Assembly (NCBI GenBank): GCA_030603365.1
Contig: JAUVXV010000002.1
Location: 96,001-160,000, forward strand
Reading direction: 5' to 3'
DNA length: 64,000 nt
Source of the DNA: Candidatus Heimdallarchaeota archaeon
GTDB taxonomy: Archaea > Asgardarchaeota > Heimdallarchaeia > Heimdallarchaeales > Heimdallarchaeaceae
Part shown: piece by piece, positions 18,000 through 28,459 of the stretch
How positions within the stretch are numbered: position 1 is the first letter of the stretch
Layout of the letters: every line of letters begins with the position of its first letter
Made by a program: the position numbers and the translations under genes
The notes under the pieces: model-generated
What the model was told of the DNA's origin: nothing
What the model saw: only the letters and a program-made list of their open reading frames with translations
Databases searched by the model: none

Positions 18000-20007
18000 T
18001 TCTCTTTATTTTCTTTCTTCTTACATTTCTAAGAAGATAGACAATTGCTATACCCGTAAGAGAATACAATATATCAAGACTTATTGAAGTTAAAGTAGGG
18101 CTAGTTTCTGTTGAAGTTTGAGTAGGTGTAGATGTTGGTGTAGTGTAATGGTTACCAGGTCTACCATATCCTGCTGCTTCCATCCACTCCCAAGCTAAAT
18201 CATAGTCTTTGTTATATATCACTGTAAAACCAGGATAGAACCAGGGAAAATAAATTGGGGAAGGTTCGTGACCTATAAGATATTCACCATCATGAATTAT
18301 TTGATTCATCTCATAGCGATCAATAATGTGACATATACCCTTCCTTACAGCAAGTGCTTTAGTATAATCAGTTTTTCCAGTTGCATCTAACCAAACACGA
18401 TTATCGTCTCTACCAATGAAACTTCGATCCAAATTGAAGGCAATAAAAGAAAGATTAATTTCAATAAAGGTTTGCACATCAAATCTTGGATCAGCTTGCA
18501 TTTGCTTTCTTGTTAAAGGTAAAGGAGTCACATCAATCCAATCAAGCGTTCCTTCTTTAAATTCATCAAGTTGAGATTCTAGTTCTGGAATCACATGAAC
18601 ATAGATTTTTTCAATATCTAAATCCTGATTTGTTCCATCAATTGCACCTATCCCGAACCAAAAAGGACTTCTTGTTAAAACAGTAATAGAGTTACTTTCT
18701 CTGTAATCTAACATGTATTTACCACAACTAAAAGGAGAATCGCTATAACTTCTCCACTGATCAGTATGTGTAATTTCAGGATACAAACCTACATATTCAT
18801 CTCCTCCATTAGTGTAGTTGATCATTGTTTCTGTTGAGTTAAGATAAAATTCTGGAAGTATAAATGAGCGCATTTGCTCCCAGAAACTATAATAGTATTC
18901 TTTTTCTGTAGTATGAGGATTTCCATCTATGAGCACATGAAAAGCTAGAGGATTGGTTTCATCTACATAACAATTCGACATCCATGAGTATTTTACTGCT
19001 TTTTCTGAAATATCAGGATTTGATAATGCTAAAAAAGTAAAAACTGCATCATTTGCTGTAACTTGTTGATTGAATCCATTACTAAAATTACCCTTTATGC
19101 CTATCATTAATTCTTCTTCAGAAATTGAGAAGAGATCTTCTGAATCAAAATCTCTTGAACTACAATTATATGAAGGATTCCAATAGAGATTATTTCTTAA
19201 ATAGAATTTGAAATGAAAGTCATTAATTTTATCCCAATTTTCAATTAACCCTGTTTTTAAGGGAGCTTTATCAGGACTAAATTGTAGAACTGGTTCAAAA
19301 ACAAACTTAGCGATATCATTTTCACTCTCGGATAGTTTAGATATTGGGTTCAGATTATACCAATCGTATGTAGTTGCCATATTGAATTCATCATATGAAA
19401 CTTGACCTTGGTGATAGCCATCGTAATACATATAGGGTGTTGAATCTGCTACTCCCCATCTTCCTTCATAACCCATAGTATTAGCCCACACACTAACATA
19501 TGTTCGGGGTGCATATAAGGGAAGAATTGGTAGAATCTTGTCCATCATAAGAATCTCCCAATTAATAAATGCTTGCTCTATCTCCTCTAAATCATTAGAT
19601 ATTTGATAAGCTAATTGCATGTCTTCGCTTTCATCATTATAAGGGATTTCAGAGCTGAGCCCAAAAATATTTTTACTCCCATTTTCTGTATAAAATTCCC
19701 TCAAATCTAGTGTAACAGTTTCATCAAATTGCCATATTGTCAAGTCCCAATCTCTAACTATTACATTGCATTCTAACCATTTATCGAAACAAATACCAGA
19801 CTGGATTTTAATTTCAGAGTCAATATTTATTTCTCGAAGGTAATTTGCAATAAATAGACCATAATCTCCATAAAATCCACCACCTGGAACCTTAATGACC
19901 AGGTTAAAGAAGGGTTCAGTTCCATACTGAAAATCTGAATAAACAGCTTGTGATGTTGATATACTTAGAATTAGAAGTGAAATAAAAATGTAATTGCTTC
20001 TAATCAT
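17989..20007 (-). CDS. Family-5 (OppA/DppA-like) solute-binding protein, permuted, C-terminally anchored; paralogue 1
   Basis: Signal peptide; LNP, TANDAVFT, CGKYML, VRKGICHIIDR, EAAG; Thr/Pro linker, TM and basic tail. Confidence 0.85.
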   Translation of the reverse strand: MIRSNYIFISLLILSISTSQAVYSDFQYGTEPFFNLVIKVPGGGFYGDYGLFIANYLREINIDSEIKIQSGICFDKWLECNVIVRDWDLTIWQFDETVTLDLREFYTENGSKNIFGLSSEIPYNDESEDMQLAYQISNDLEEIEQAFINWEILMMDKILPILPLYAPRTYVSVWANTMGYEGRWGVADSTPYMYYDGYHQGQVSYDEFNMATTYDWYNLNPISKLSESENDIAKFVFEPVLQFSPDKAPLKTGLIENWDKINDFHFKFYLRNNLYWNPSYNCSSRDFDSEDLFSISEEELMIGIKGNFSNGFNQQVTANDAVFTFLALSNPDISEKAVKYSWMSNCYVDETNPLAFHVLIDGNPHTTEKEYYYSFWEQMRSFILPEFYLNSTETMINYTNGGDEYVGLYPEITHTDQWRSYSDSPFSCGKYMLDYRESNSITVLTRSPFWFGIGAIDGTNQDLDIEKIYVHVIPELESQLDEFKEGTLDWIDVTPLPLTRKQMQADPRFDVQTFIEINLSFIAFNLDRSFIGRDDNRVWLDATGKTDYTKALAVRKGICHIIDRYEMNQIIHDGEYLIGHEPSPIYFPWFYPGFTVIYNKDYDLAWEWMEAAGYGRPGNHYTTPTSTPTQTSTETSPTLTSISLDILYSLTGIAIVYLLRNVRRKKIKRIKE

Positions 20008-22009
20008 AATTTTTTTTCCTCTTTCTCTTTCTCTGATTAAAAATTATTAGTATAAATCCGAACAAAACAAGAACTTCAGGAAAGTTTATTGTTGTCATAA
20101 CTGGTATAGTAGATGTTAGAGTTGGAGTGGGAGTTGGTGTAGGAGTATAAGGTTTCTCATAACCTGCAGCTTCCATCCACTCCCAAGCTCTATCCAGATC
20201 AAGATTATAGATGACATCAATAGGTGGCCATACCCAACTATATACTAGAGGATTTGGTCGGTTATTAATCAAATATTCTCCATCGTGAAGTTCGTCATTC
20301 ATCTCGTCTCTATCTATTGCGTAACATATAGCCTTCCGAATGGCTAATGCTTTCGTACAATTTGTTTTTCCCGGTTCATTTAACCACACTTGATTATTTC
20401 CACCTCCAATAACATGTCTTCCAAGATTAAAAGCAATAAAATTCATCAAATAGACAACGTGTGTTTGCACATCAAATCTTGGATCTGCTTGCATCAATTT
20501 TCTTTGAGTAGGAAGGGTTGTCAAAGATACCCAATCTAAATTCCCATCTAAAAATTCGTCCAATACAACAGAAGTGTCAGGTAAGAGATGAATATTAATT
20601 GTTTCAAAATCTAGGTTTTGAGGAGCACCGTCAATAGCGCCAATTTCAAACCAATATGGGCTCTTTTGGAAAACACCAATTGAGTTTGGTGCATAATAAT
20701 CCAACATATATTTCCCACACCCAAAAGCAGATGTTTGGTAAGTAATCCACTCAATAGATTCCAAAATTTCAGGGTACAACCCTACATATTCATGCCCTCC
20801 ACTAGTTTTGCATATTTCCAAATTTGTTGAATTCAGGAAAAATTCTGGTAGAAGAGGAACGGGTATTTTTGTCCAAAAATCAACATAGACTTCTTTTTCT
20901 GGTGTGGAGAGATCACCATCTATCAGTACATGGAATTTTGAATCGTCTACTAGGTCAACATAACAATTAGATAACCAACTATATTCATCTGCCTTTGCAG
21001 TAATATTAGGGTTTGAAAATGCCAATAATGAGAACACAGCATCTTTTGCGGTAACCTTCTGATTGGTGCCATTGCTGAATTCAACTTTGAGACCTATCAA
21101 TAAATCTTCCTCAGAAATGGAACTGAGTGGTAATGAAGAAACGTTCCTTTGAGAAACATTGTAAGAAGGGTTCCAGTAAATATTATCTCGAAGCTCAAAG
21201 AGATAATGGTTATCATCAACCATTGTCCAATCTTGAATGATACCTGTTTTTAAAGGAGCCAAATCAGGACTGAAAGTAAGCAAAGGTTCGAAGATTAAAT
21301 TAACTAATAGATCTTCAGTTTTTGTATAAAGTGATAGAGGATTAATACCATTCCAGCTTGGTATAGCCATGTTGAATTGCTTTAAGTTTTGTTGCCCTTG
21401 ATGTAAACCATCATAGTACATATATGGTAAGGAATCTGCTATTCCCCATCTTGCTTCATATCCCATTGTGTTCGTCCATACTGCTTCATATTCACGTGGT
21501 GCGAATAAAGGTAAGAGAGGGAGGAGCTTATCCATGAACAAATTCTGCCAATCCAATTGTAGCTGCCATCTTACATCTAAATCTGTTGTAATCACTGCAA
21601 GATTTTGTAATTCTTCACTCTCGTTATTATAAGGTATATCTGAATTTAATCTGAAGATGTTTCTGCTGCCATTTTCTGTATAGTACGCTCTCATATCTGG
21701 ACTTGATATTTCACCAGCAGAAATAATAGCCATATCCCAATCATCAATTAGAGACAGACAATCTAGCCAATTAGGCCATCCAGAATGAACTATTATGTTT
21801 GAATCTACGTTTATTTCTCTTAGTTGCTGCATAATAAATAGCCCATAATCTGGATTAGATTGACCTCCCAATGCTAGAATCCGTAAATTGAAGAAATAAT
21901 CACCACCCTCAACAGTTTTCACTGAACTAACACTAGAGATTACTAAGAGTGTGGATATCATGAGTGTGAGTATTCTTTCTTTTTTCATAATATCACTCAA
22001 GCAAACCAA
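20000..22009 (-). CDS. Family-5 solute-binding protein, paralogue 2
   Basis: TAKDAVFS, GCGKY, IRKAICYAIDR, EAAG, PT linker, TM, RKRKRKK; true start probably MKKERIL. Confidence 0.85.
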   Translation of the reverse strand: MVCLSDIMKKERILTLMISTLLVISSVSSVKTVEGGDYFFNLRILALGGQSNPDYGLFIMQQLREINVDSNIIVHSGWPNWLDCLSLIDDWDMAIISAGEISSPDMRAYYTENGSRNIFRLNSDIPYNNESEELQNLAVITTDLDVRWQLQLDWQNLFMDKLLPLLPLFAPREYEAVWTNTMGYEARWGIADSLPYMYYDGLHQGQQNLKQFNMAIPSWNGINPLSLYTKTEDLLVNLIFEPLLTFSPDLAPLKTGIIQDWTMVDDNHYLFELRDNIYWNPSYNVSQRNVSSLPLSSISEEDLLIGLKVEFSNGTNQKVTAKDAVFSLLAFSNPNITAKADEYSWLSNCYVDLVDDSKFHVLIDGDLSTPEKEVYVDFWTKIPVPLLPEFFLNSTNLEICKTSGGHEYVGLYPEILESIEWITYQTSAFGCGKYMLDYYAPNSIGVFQKSPYWFEIGAIDGAPQNLDFETINIHLLPDTSVVLDEFLDGNLDWVSLTTLPTQRKLMQADPRFDVQTHVVYLMNFIAFNLGRHVIGGGNNQVWLNEPGKTNCTKALAIRKAICYAIDRDEMNDELHDGEYLINNRPNPLVYSWVWPPIDVIYNLDLDRAWEWMEAAGYEKPYTPTPTPTPTLTSTIPVMTTINFPEVLVLFGFILIIFNQRKRKRKKNYD

Positions 22010-22046
22010 TTGTTTAATTAAACGCTAAAACACTTATAATTCTTAT

Positions 22047-24068
22047 TCACTTTCTCCTTTTTCTTGCATTTCTTAACAAATAGATCATCACTATTCCTAG
22101 AAGAGAACACAATATTTCAAGATTAATCGTTGTCATAATAGGTATGGTTGATGTTGATGTTGATGTTGGTGTAGGAGTTGGAGTTGGTGTGGGTAAAGTG
22201 ATGTTATATCCTGCTGCTATTAACCATTCAGCAGATTTCATTAGATCATAATCATACTTTGTAGTTATTTCTTCGAGATACCAATCAGTTAGTGAGGGGG
22301 GGATAGGACAATCGGAAAGAGAATAGTCAGTAAAAAATATTTTACCCATCTCTTTACTGTTAATCGCATAACATATAGCTTTTCTAATTGCTATTGCTTT
22401 AGTATAATTTTCATATCCTTCAGTTTCTAACCATTGTTCATTCAAATCTCCCCCTATTCCTTCATGATTAAGATTGAATGCTAGTACATCTATGTAATCG
22501 GGCTCTATTGTATAAACTAAATATTTAGAATCTTCTTCCATCATAATCCTTTGTTCATAGAAATTAGACAATGAAGCAAATTCCAATTTTCCAGCCTTAA
22601 ACTCTGCTAAAGTAGCTGAAGCATCTGGGATAATTCGAATAGTAATTGTATCTACGAAAGGAGTCATATCTTCTTGACCATCAATTGCCCCTTTACCAAA
22701 CCAATAATGACTTTTTCTAAGTCCAGTTACGGAATTTCTAATGAAGTAATCTAACATAAACTTCCCACATCCAAAAGCAGAATAGCTGTATGTAAGCCAT
22801 TCAGGTGTATCTTCAATCCCTGGATATAATCCTCTGCATTCTATACCACTAGTAGTATTGGAAACAAAGGGATTACTGGAATTCAAGAAAAATTCAGGTA
22901 AACATATTTGTTCTAGATTCTGAAATATTAAAGAATAATAATCTAACTCAGGAGTTGCAGGGTTGCCATCTATTATGATGTGAAAAGCATAGGGGTCTGT
23001 CTCATCAACATAAACATCTGATAACCAATAGTACCTTTCTGGATATCTACCAACTAATGGATTTGCTAAACTCAATAGTGTAAAAACAGCATCTTTAGCA
23101 GTTAAAGGTTGGTTAGTTCCGTTACTATATTCTCCTTTCAAACCCATCATCAATTGAGTAATATCTGATGAATTGAGAGTAGGAGAACTTGCTGTTCTCC
23201 CTGTGATATTGAAGGATGGATTCCAGTAGATATCTCTGTTTAGAAGAAATTCGTAGTGGGAATCATTTCTTTGGATCCAGTTTTCTATAAGTCCATTATG
23301 AGTGGGATAACCATAAGGATCATTTTTTAGCAAGGGTTCTGTTAAATACTCTAGAAGCCTTTTACTTGCTTGTGGGTATTGAGTGTAAGATAATCCAGGA
23401 ACATAGTCCTCAATTAATAGTGAGTTTAACTCGTTCCAATTATAGTCAGCTAACCACAATTCTTCTAGTGATTCTTGTCCTGGATGTAAACCTAAGAAAG
23501 ACATGTATGGGAGAGATTCTACTAAACCCCACATCTCATCGTAACCCAAAGTATTATTCCATAAACAAACTGAGTTTTTGGGTGTCACTAGTGGTTTATA
23601 CATTAGAATTTTATCCATTAATAATTCTTGTAAAACCTTATAGTACTCTATCCTCTCTTCTCTCGATTTAATTGTGGGACCTATTCTTATCATTTCTTCA
23701 AGTTCTTCTTTATATGGAAAAACATAATCGTCAGAGTCATAACCAAACCAGAAAGGAATATCATACAGATAATTAAAATCCGGTTCTAATCGGTTCATAT
23801 AGATTCTGAAATCCCCAAGATCATAATCATCAAATTCAGGTGGGATATACCAAGCAGACCATTCTTCCACTTTTACCACAACCTCTATTCCTAATTCCCT
23901 CATGTACATAGCAATGTATAAACATACATCAGGACGGACTCCACCTCCTCCAGGTAAATAATTCAAAGTAAAGATAGTCTCATCAACTAATCTACTTTGC
24001 ATTGGTGTACTAAAAAGAGTACTTGAACATAGTGTCAATAATAAACATGCTATAAGCTTACCCTTCAT
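22047..24068 (-). CDS. Family-5 solute-binding protein, paralogue 3
   Basis: TAKDAVFT, GCGKF, EFKAGKL, IRKAICYAI, YDYDL; PT linker and TM. Confidence 0.85.
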   Translation of the reverse strand: MKGKLIACLLLTLCSSTLFSTPMQSRLVDETIFTLNYLPGGGGVRPDVCLYIAMYMRELGIEVVVKVEEWSAWYIPPEFDDYDLGDFRIYMNRLEPDFNYLYDIPFWFGYDSDDYVFPYKEELEEMIRIGPTIKSREERIEYYKVLQELLMDKILMYKPLVTPKNSVCLWNNTLGYDEMWGLVESLPYMSFLGLHPGQESLEELWLADYNWNELNSLLIEDYVPGLSYTQYPQASKRLLEYLTEPLLKNDPYGYPTHNGLIENWIQRNDSHYEFLLNRDIYWNPSFNITGRTASSPTLNSSDITQLMMGLKGEYSNGTNQPLTAKDAVFTLLSLANPLVGRYPERYYWLSDVYVDETDPYAFHIIIDGNPATPELDYYSLIFQNLEQICLPEFFLNSSNPFVSNTTSGIECRGLYPGIEDTPEWLTYSYSAFGCGKFMLDYFIRNSVTGLRKSHYWFGKGAIDGQEDMTPFVDTITIRIIPDASATLAEFKAGKLEFASLSNFYEQRIMMEEDSKYLVYTIEPDYIDVLAFNLNHEGIGGDLNEQWLETEGYENYTKAIAIRKAICYAINSKEMGKIFFTDYSLSDCPIPPSLTDWYLEEITTKYDYDLMKSAEWLIAAGYNITLPTPTPTPTPTSTSTSTIPIMTTINLEILCSLLGIVMIYLLRNARKRRK

Positions 24069-26068
24069 CTTTTTCTCCTACTCTTGAAGCTATAATAAAT
24101 TAGTGTGAACAGAAGTCCTATAACACCTATTATCACTGGATAATCAATTGTTATAAATGTTGGATCAGTTTCATTTGGAGTAGGTGTTGATGTGGGTGTA
24201 GATATTGGACCAGGTGTTGGTACAATTATATCAAATCCCGCAGCCTTCATCCATTTGAAAGCTTTGATTAAATCGTATTCATACTTTGTTTGAATATCCT
24301 CATAATACCAGTCTGTCAATTGTGAGGGTAGCATACAATCAGTTAAGGAATATTCATCAAAGAGAACTTGACCCATTTCCGTTCTATCAATTGCGTGGCA
24401 TATCGCTTTTCGAACAGCTAAAGATACTGTACAATTTCCATACCCAGGTACATCAACCCAGATATTGTTTAGATGATCCCAACTATCTCCCATAACATTG
24501 AATACTAGTACATGCATGAAATAAAGTCCAGTAGAATATACATCAAAAAGTGGATCAATTTCTAATTGTTCTCTTTCATGCGGAAAACTAGAAACATCAG
24601 TTATATCGAGTTTCCCTGCTTTAAATTCAGCCAATTCAGCAGAAGTGTCAGGAATCACTCTTACTTTGACTGTTTCCATAAAGGGTTGAAGTCCAATAGC
24701 TCCATCTTTTGCACCTACACCAAACCAATAAGGACTTCGTTGTAAAACCGTCACAGAATTTCGTATATAGTAATCTAACATAAATTTACCACATCCAAAA
24801 CCAGAGGTACTAAAGTAAATCCAAGCTGTTGAAACATCAATATCTGGATAAAGCCCCTTACATTCAATACCAGTTGTAGTATTGGTAATTGTATCAGCTG
24901 TAGAATTCAGGTAAAATTCAGGAAGACAAGAAAGTTCTAGTTTATCAAATAATAGAGAGTAATATTCTGTTTCATTAGTATCAGGGTTCCCATCTACATG
25001 AATATGGAATGAAAAGGGATTTCCAGGGTCAACATAAACATCTATCATCCATTCAAAATTAAAGGCTTGTTCACTCACTGTTGGATTTGCCCAAGTCAAC
25101 AGGGTAAATACAGCATCTTTTGCTGTTACAATTTGGTTAGTACCACTACTATACTCTCCCTTTAATCCACTCATTAGAGTTGCGTTTTGAAGAGGTTCAG
25201 AACTTGCAGTTCTGCCAGAATTATTGTAAGAAGGATTCCAGTACACATTTGGTCTCATGAAGAATTGGTAATGACTAGAATTAATTTGGATCCAGTTACT
25301 AATCAACCCGTTTCTTGTAGGATTACCATTTGGGTCAATTTTAAGCAGAGGTTCAGCTATCAAATCCCAAATAAATGCACTATTAGTATCATCTGTAAAT
25401 AAAGGATTGAGTTCTCTCCAGTTAGCATCTGCAAAAATGAATTCATCAGTTGAAACTTGACCTTCGTGTAACCCATAAAAAGCCATATACGGGCTTGATT
25501 CTATCCATCCCCATTGACTATCATAACCAAAGGTGTTGTTGTGCAAACTTTCAAATGATTTTTGTATGATTAATGGCCAATAGAGCAGGACTTTATCCAT
25601 AAAAAACTCTTGGAGGTTTTGATAATATTCTATCCGCTCTTGTTCAGATTCTATTGTTGGTCCAATTTTAATCATTTCTTCAAATTCTTCTTGATGTGGA
25701 AAGGTATAACTAGTGGGCCGATACATCCAAAAGGGAATTTGCTGAAGAAAATTGAAATCAGGTTCACGATTCTTAAAAGCTAATTTTACTGCACCTAAAT
25801 CTGTTATATCATGTGGATACGGATAGTAAGGATAATGATGATGCCAATCATCCCATCTGACTTCTAATTCAATCCCTATATCTCGCACATATTGTGCTAC
25901 AAATAGACCAAAATCAGGTCTTGAACTTCCTTGAAGATTCGTATCAAAGACTATGTTCAGAAGTGCATCTCCCCCTAAACTTGATGGTATAAACTGATTT
26001 GTCACAAGACTAACAGTAATCATAATACTAAACAATAATCTTAGATTACTTTTTCTCTTCATTACCAA
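24065..26068 (-). CDS. Family-5 solute-binding protein, paralogue 4
   Basis: Same motifs; ATGA overlap with paralogue 3. Confidence 0.85.
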   Translation of the reverse strand: MVMKRKSNLRLLFSIMITVSLVTNQFIPSSLGGDALLNIVFDTNLQGSSRPDFGLFVAQYVRDIGIELEVRWDDWHHHYPYYPYPHDITDLGAVKLAFKNREPDFNFLQQIPFWMYRPTSYTFPHQEEFEEMIKIGPTIESEQERIEYYQNLQEFFMDKVLLYWPLIIQKSFESLHNNTFGYDSQWGWIESSPYMAFYGLHEGQVSTDEFIFADANWRELNPLFTDDTNSAFIWDLIAEPLLKIDPNGNPTRNGLISNWIQINSSHYQFFMRPNVYWNPSYNNSGRTASSEPLQNATLMSGLKGEYSSGTNQIVTAKDAVFTLLTWANPTVSEQAFNFEWMIDVYVDPGNPFSFHIHVDGNPDTNETEYYSLLFDKLELSCLPEFYLNSTADTITNTTTGIECKGLYPDIDVSTAWIYFSTSGFGCGKFMLDYYIRNSVTVLQRSPYWFGVGAKDGAIGLQPFMETVKVRVIPDTSAELAEFKAGKLDITDVSSFPHEREQLEIDPLFDVYSTGLYFMHVLVFNVMGDSWDHLNNIWVDVPGYGNCTVSLAVRKAICHAIDRTEMGQVLFDEYSLTDCMLPSQLTDWYYEDIQTKYEYDLIKAFKWMKAAGFDIIVPTPGPISTPTSTPTPNETDPTFITIDYPVIIGVIGLLFTLIYYSFKSRRKR

Positions 26069-26248
26069 TTAAATCACTTACAAGTTATACATAATAAAAA
26101 ACCATTATATACACTAGCTCAAGACGATTTTAAGACTTTCTTTTGACATATATAGTGTATTAAACTAAGCTCTAAAATTTAACAATCTAACTCCTCGAAT
26201 CTAACATAAACGTAGATATAATTATTTCTGAAAAAGAAAAGGAAAAGA
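26040..26248. repeat. Duplicated promoter/upstream segment (copy of ~28250-28457)
   Basis: 29-bp identical core aaaaccattatatacactagctcaagacg at 26098-26126 and 28307-28335; similarity extends to gaaaaagaaaagga. Confidence 0.85.
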
Positions 26249-26283
26249 AATTTTGGTAGAAGAAAAAGGTGTATTCTTTGCTG

Positions 26284-26324
26284 AAAAAGAAGTTCAGCTT
26301 ATTCCTAGATTCTTTCTATTTTCT
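26284..26324. repeat. Remnant copy of the sfsA 3' end (17974-18014)
   Basis: aaaaagaagttcagcttattcctagattct versus aaaaagaagttcagtttattccttgattct. Confidence 0.75.
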
Positions 26325-28286
26325 TCTTTTTGTTTTTCCAAGGAGATAAACAATTACGATTCCTAGTGAAGAGTACAATATTTCAAGATTTATTGTTGTA
26401 AAAACTGGTAAGGTTGATGTCTTGGAAGATGTAGGTATTGTTACATTAAATCCTGCAAGTTTCATCCATTTGAAAGCTTCAATCAAATCATATTCATACT
26501 TGGTTTGAATATCTTCATAAAACCAATCTGTTAATTGTGGTGGGAGCATACAGTCAGTTTGAAAATAGTCATCAAGGAGAAGATTAGCTATTGCATATTT
26601 ATCTATTGCATGACATATTGCTTTCCTGATTGCTAAAGAAACTGTATAATTCTCATAACCTTGTTCAGTTATCCAGATATCGTTGAATTGATCCCAATTC
26701 TTTCCTAAAACATTGAAAGCAAGTACATGAAAGTAATATGGACCAGTGACATAAACTTCATACAAAGGACTTGTTTCCATCTGTTTTCTCTCTGCGGGAA
26801 AATGGGAAACATCAGCTCTATCTAGTTTTCCAGCTTTAAATTCGGCTAATTCTGCTGAAATATCTGGAATAACTCTTACTTTGACGGTTTCTACAAAAGG
26901 TTCCTGTCCAGTCACACCATCCATAGCTCCAACTCCGTACCAGAAAGGATTTCTACGTAGGACCGTTTCTAAGTTTCGAATATAATAATCTAACATAAAT
27001 TTACCACAACTAAAACCAGTGGTACTAAAAGAAACCCAAGCTGGCGAATTTTCAATATCTGAATATAAACCCATACATTCAATTCCTGTTGTTGTATAAG
27101 AAATAATTTCTTCAGTGGAATTTAGGAAAAATTCAGGAAGGCATGAAATTTCTAGTTTCTCAAACAATAGAGAATAATATTCGGTTTCAGTAGTATTAGG
27201 GTTTCCATCTACAAGAACATGGAATGATAAAGGATTCACAGAATCAACATATACATCTTGCAACCATTCATAATTGTAGTATTGTTCACTTACTGTAGGA
27301 TTTGCCCAAGTTAGAAGAGTAAAAACTGCATCCTTTGCTGTTACAATTTGATTAGTGCCCGTACTATATTCTCCCTTCAATCCACTCATAAGAGTTGCAT
27401 TTTGAAGAGGATCTGAGCTCGCAATTCGACCAGTGACATTGTATGAAGGGGTCCAATATATATTTGGTCTCATAAAGAACTGAAAATGACTAGAATTATG
27501 CTGTATCCAATTACTAACTAATCCATACATAGTAGGATTACCAGATGGATCGATTTTAATCAGAGGTTCAGCCATAAAATCCCAAATGAATTTGCTACTA
27601 GAATCAGCTGTAAATAGTGGATTTAGCTCTCTCCAATTGGCATCCGCAAAAATAAATTCATTAGTTGAAACTTGACCATAGTGTAAACCATTGAAGGTCA
27701 TATAAGGGCTTGATTCTACCCAACCCCAGTTACTATCATAACCCATTGTATTATTATAGAGAGATTCAAATGAATTTTCTACCATTAGCGGCCAATATAA
27801 CAAAATCTTATCCATAAAGAATTCTTGTAGCATTTGATAATGATTTATTCTCTCCTCTTTTGATTCTATAGTTGGTCCGATTCTTATCATTTCTTCAAGT
27901 TCTTCTTTATAAGGAAACCAGTAACTTGATGGAAAAAGTTTCCAGAAGTCCATTTGCTTAAGAAAACTGAAATCAGGTTCTCGATTTTTGAAAGTCAGTT
28001 TAATTGAGAGCATATCAGAATCCGAATATCCAGGAGGTGGATAAACAATGCCCCAATCATCTGTAGTAACTTCTAGTTCAATTCCTATAGCTCGAAGGTA
28101 TTGACTAATATAAAGACCACAATAACCACTTAACCTATTATCAGTAAGGATACGATATTTTAAATCTAGAAGAGGTTCAACTGCATTACTTGACTGTATA
28201 CACTGGTTTGTTACCAGACTAATGGTAAATATAACACTGAACAGTAATCTTAGATTGCTCTTTCTCTTCTTTACCAATAGAATCAC
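26316..28286 (-). CDS. Family-5 solute-binding protein, paralogue 5
   Basis: Same motifs; closest to paralogue 4. Confidence 0.85.
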   Translation of the reverse strand: MILLVKKRKSNLRLLFSVIFTISLVTNQCIQSSNAVEPLLDLKYRILTDNRLSGYCGLYISQYLRAIGIELEVTTDDWGIVYPPPGYSDSDMLSIKLTFKNREPDFSFLKQMDFWKLFPSSYWFPYKEELEEMIRIGPTIESKEERINHYQMLQEFFMDKILLYWPLMVENSFESLYNNTMGYDSNWGWVESSPYMTFNGLHYGQVSTNEFIFADANWRELNPLFTADSSSKFIWDFMAEPLIKIDPSGNPTMYGLVSNWIQHNSSHFQFFMRPNIYWTPSYNVTGRIASSDPLQNATLMSGLKGEYSTGTNQIVTAKDAVFTLLTWANPTVSEQYYNYEWLQDVYVDSVNPLSFHVLVDGNPNTTETEYYSLLFEKLEISCLPEFFLNSTEEIISYTTTGIECMGLYSDIENSPAWVSFSTTGFSCGKFMLDYYIRNLETVLRRNPFWYGVGAMDGVTGQEPFVETVKVRVIPDISAELAEFKAGKLDRADVSHFPAERKQMETSPLYEVYVTGPYYFHVLAFNVLGKNWDQFNDIWITEQGYENYTVSLAIRKAICHAIDKYAIANLLLDDYFQTDCMLPPQLTDWFYEDIQTKYEYDLIEAFKWMKLAGFNVTIPTSSKTSTLPVFTTINLEILYSSLGIVIVYLLGKTKRRK

Positions 28287-28408
28287 TTACAAATTATACT
28301 TACAATAAAACCATTATATACACTAGCTCAAGACGTTTTTAAGACTTATTTTTGACAATAGTTTGTGTGATAAATTTGTCTCTGAATCCTTTGCAAAAAT
28401 TTCTTCTA

Positions 28409-28428
28409 ATCCAACATAGTGTTGGATG
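28409..28428 (-). terminator. Hairpin downstream of the 28460-28834 gene
   Basis: Inverted repeat atccaaca-tag-tgttggat beside a minus-strand T-tract. Confidence 0.45.
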
Positions 28429-28459
28429 TAGTTTTTTTAGAAAAAGAAAAGGACAGAGT

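Noticed and set aside
20105-24225. Short tandem ggtgt/ggagt repeats near the SBP 3' ends
   Set aside because: They encode Pro/Thr linkers and are not independent DNA repeats
17989-28286. Diversity-generating retroelement acting on the SBP array
   Set aside because: No reverse transcriptase and no adenine-specific template/variable repeat pair seen
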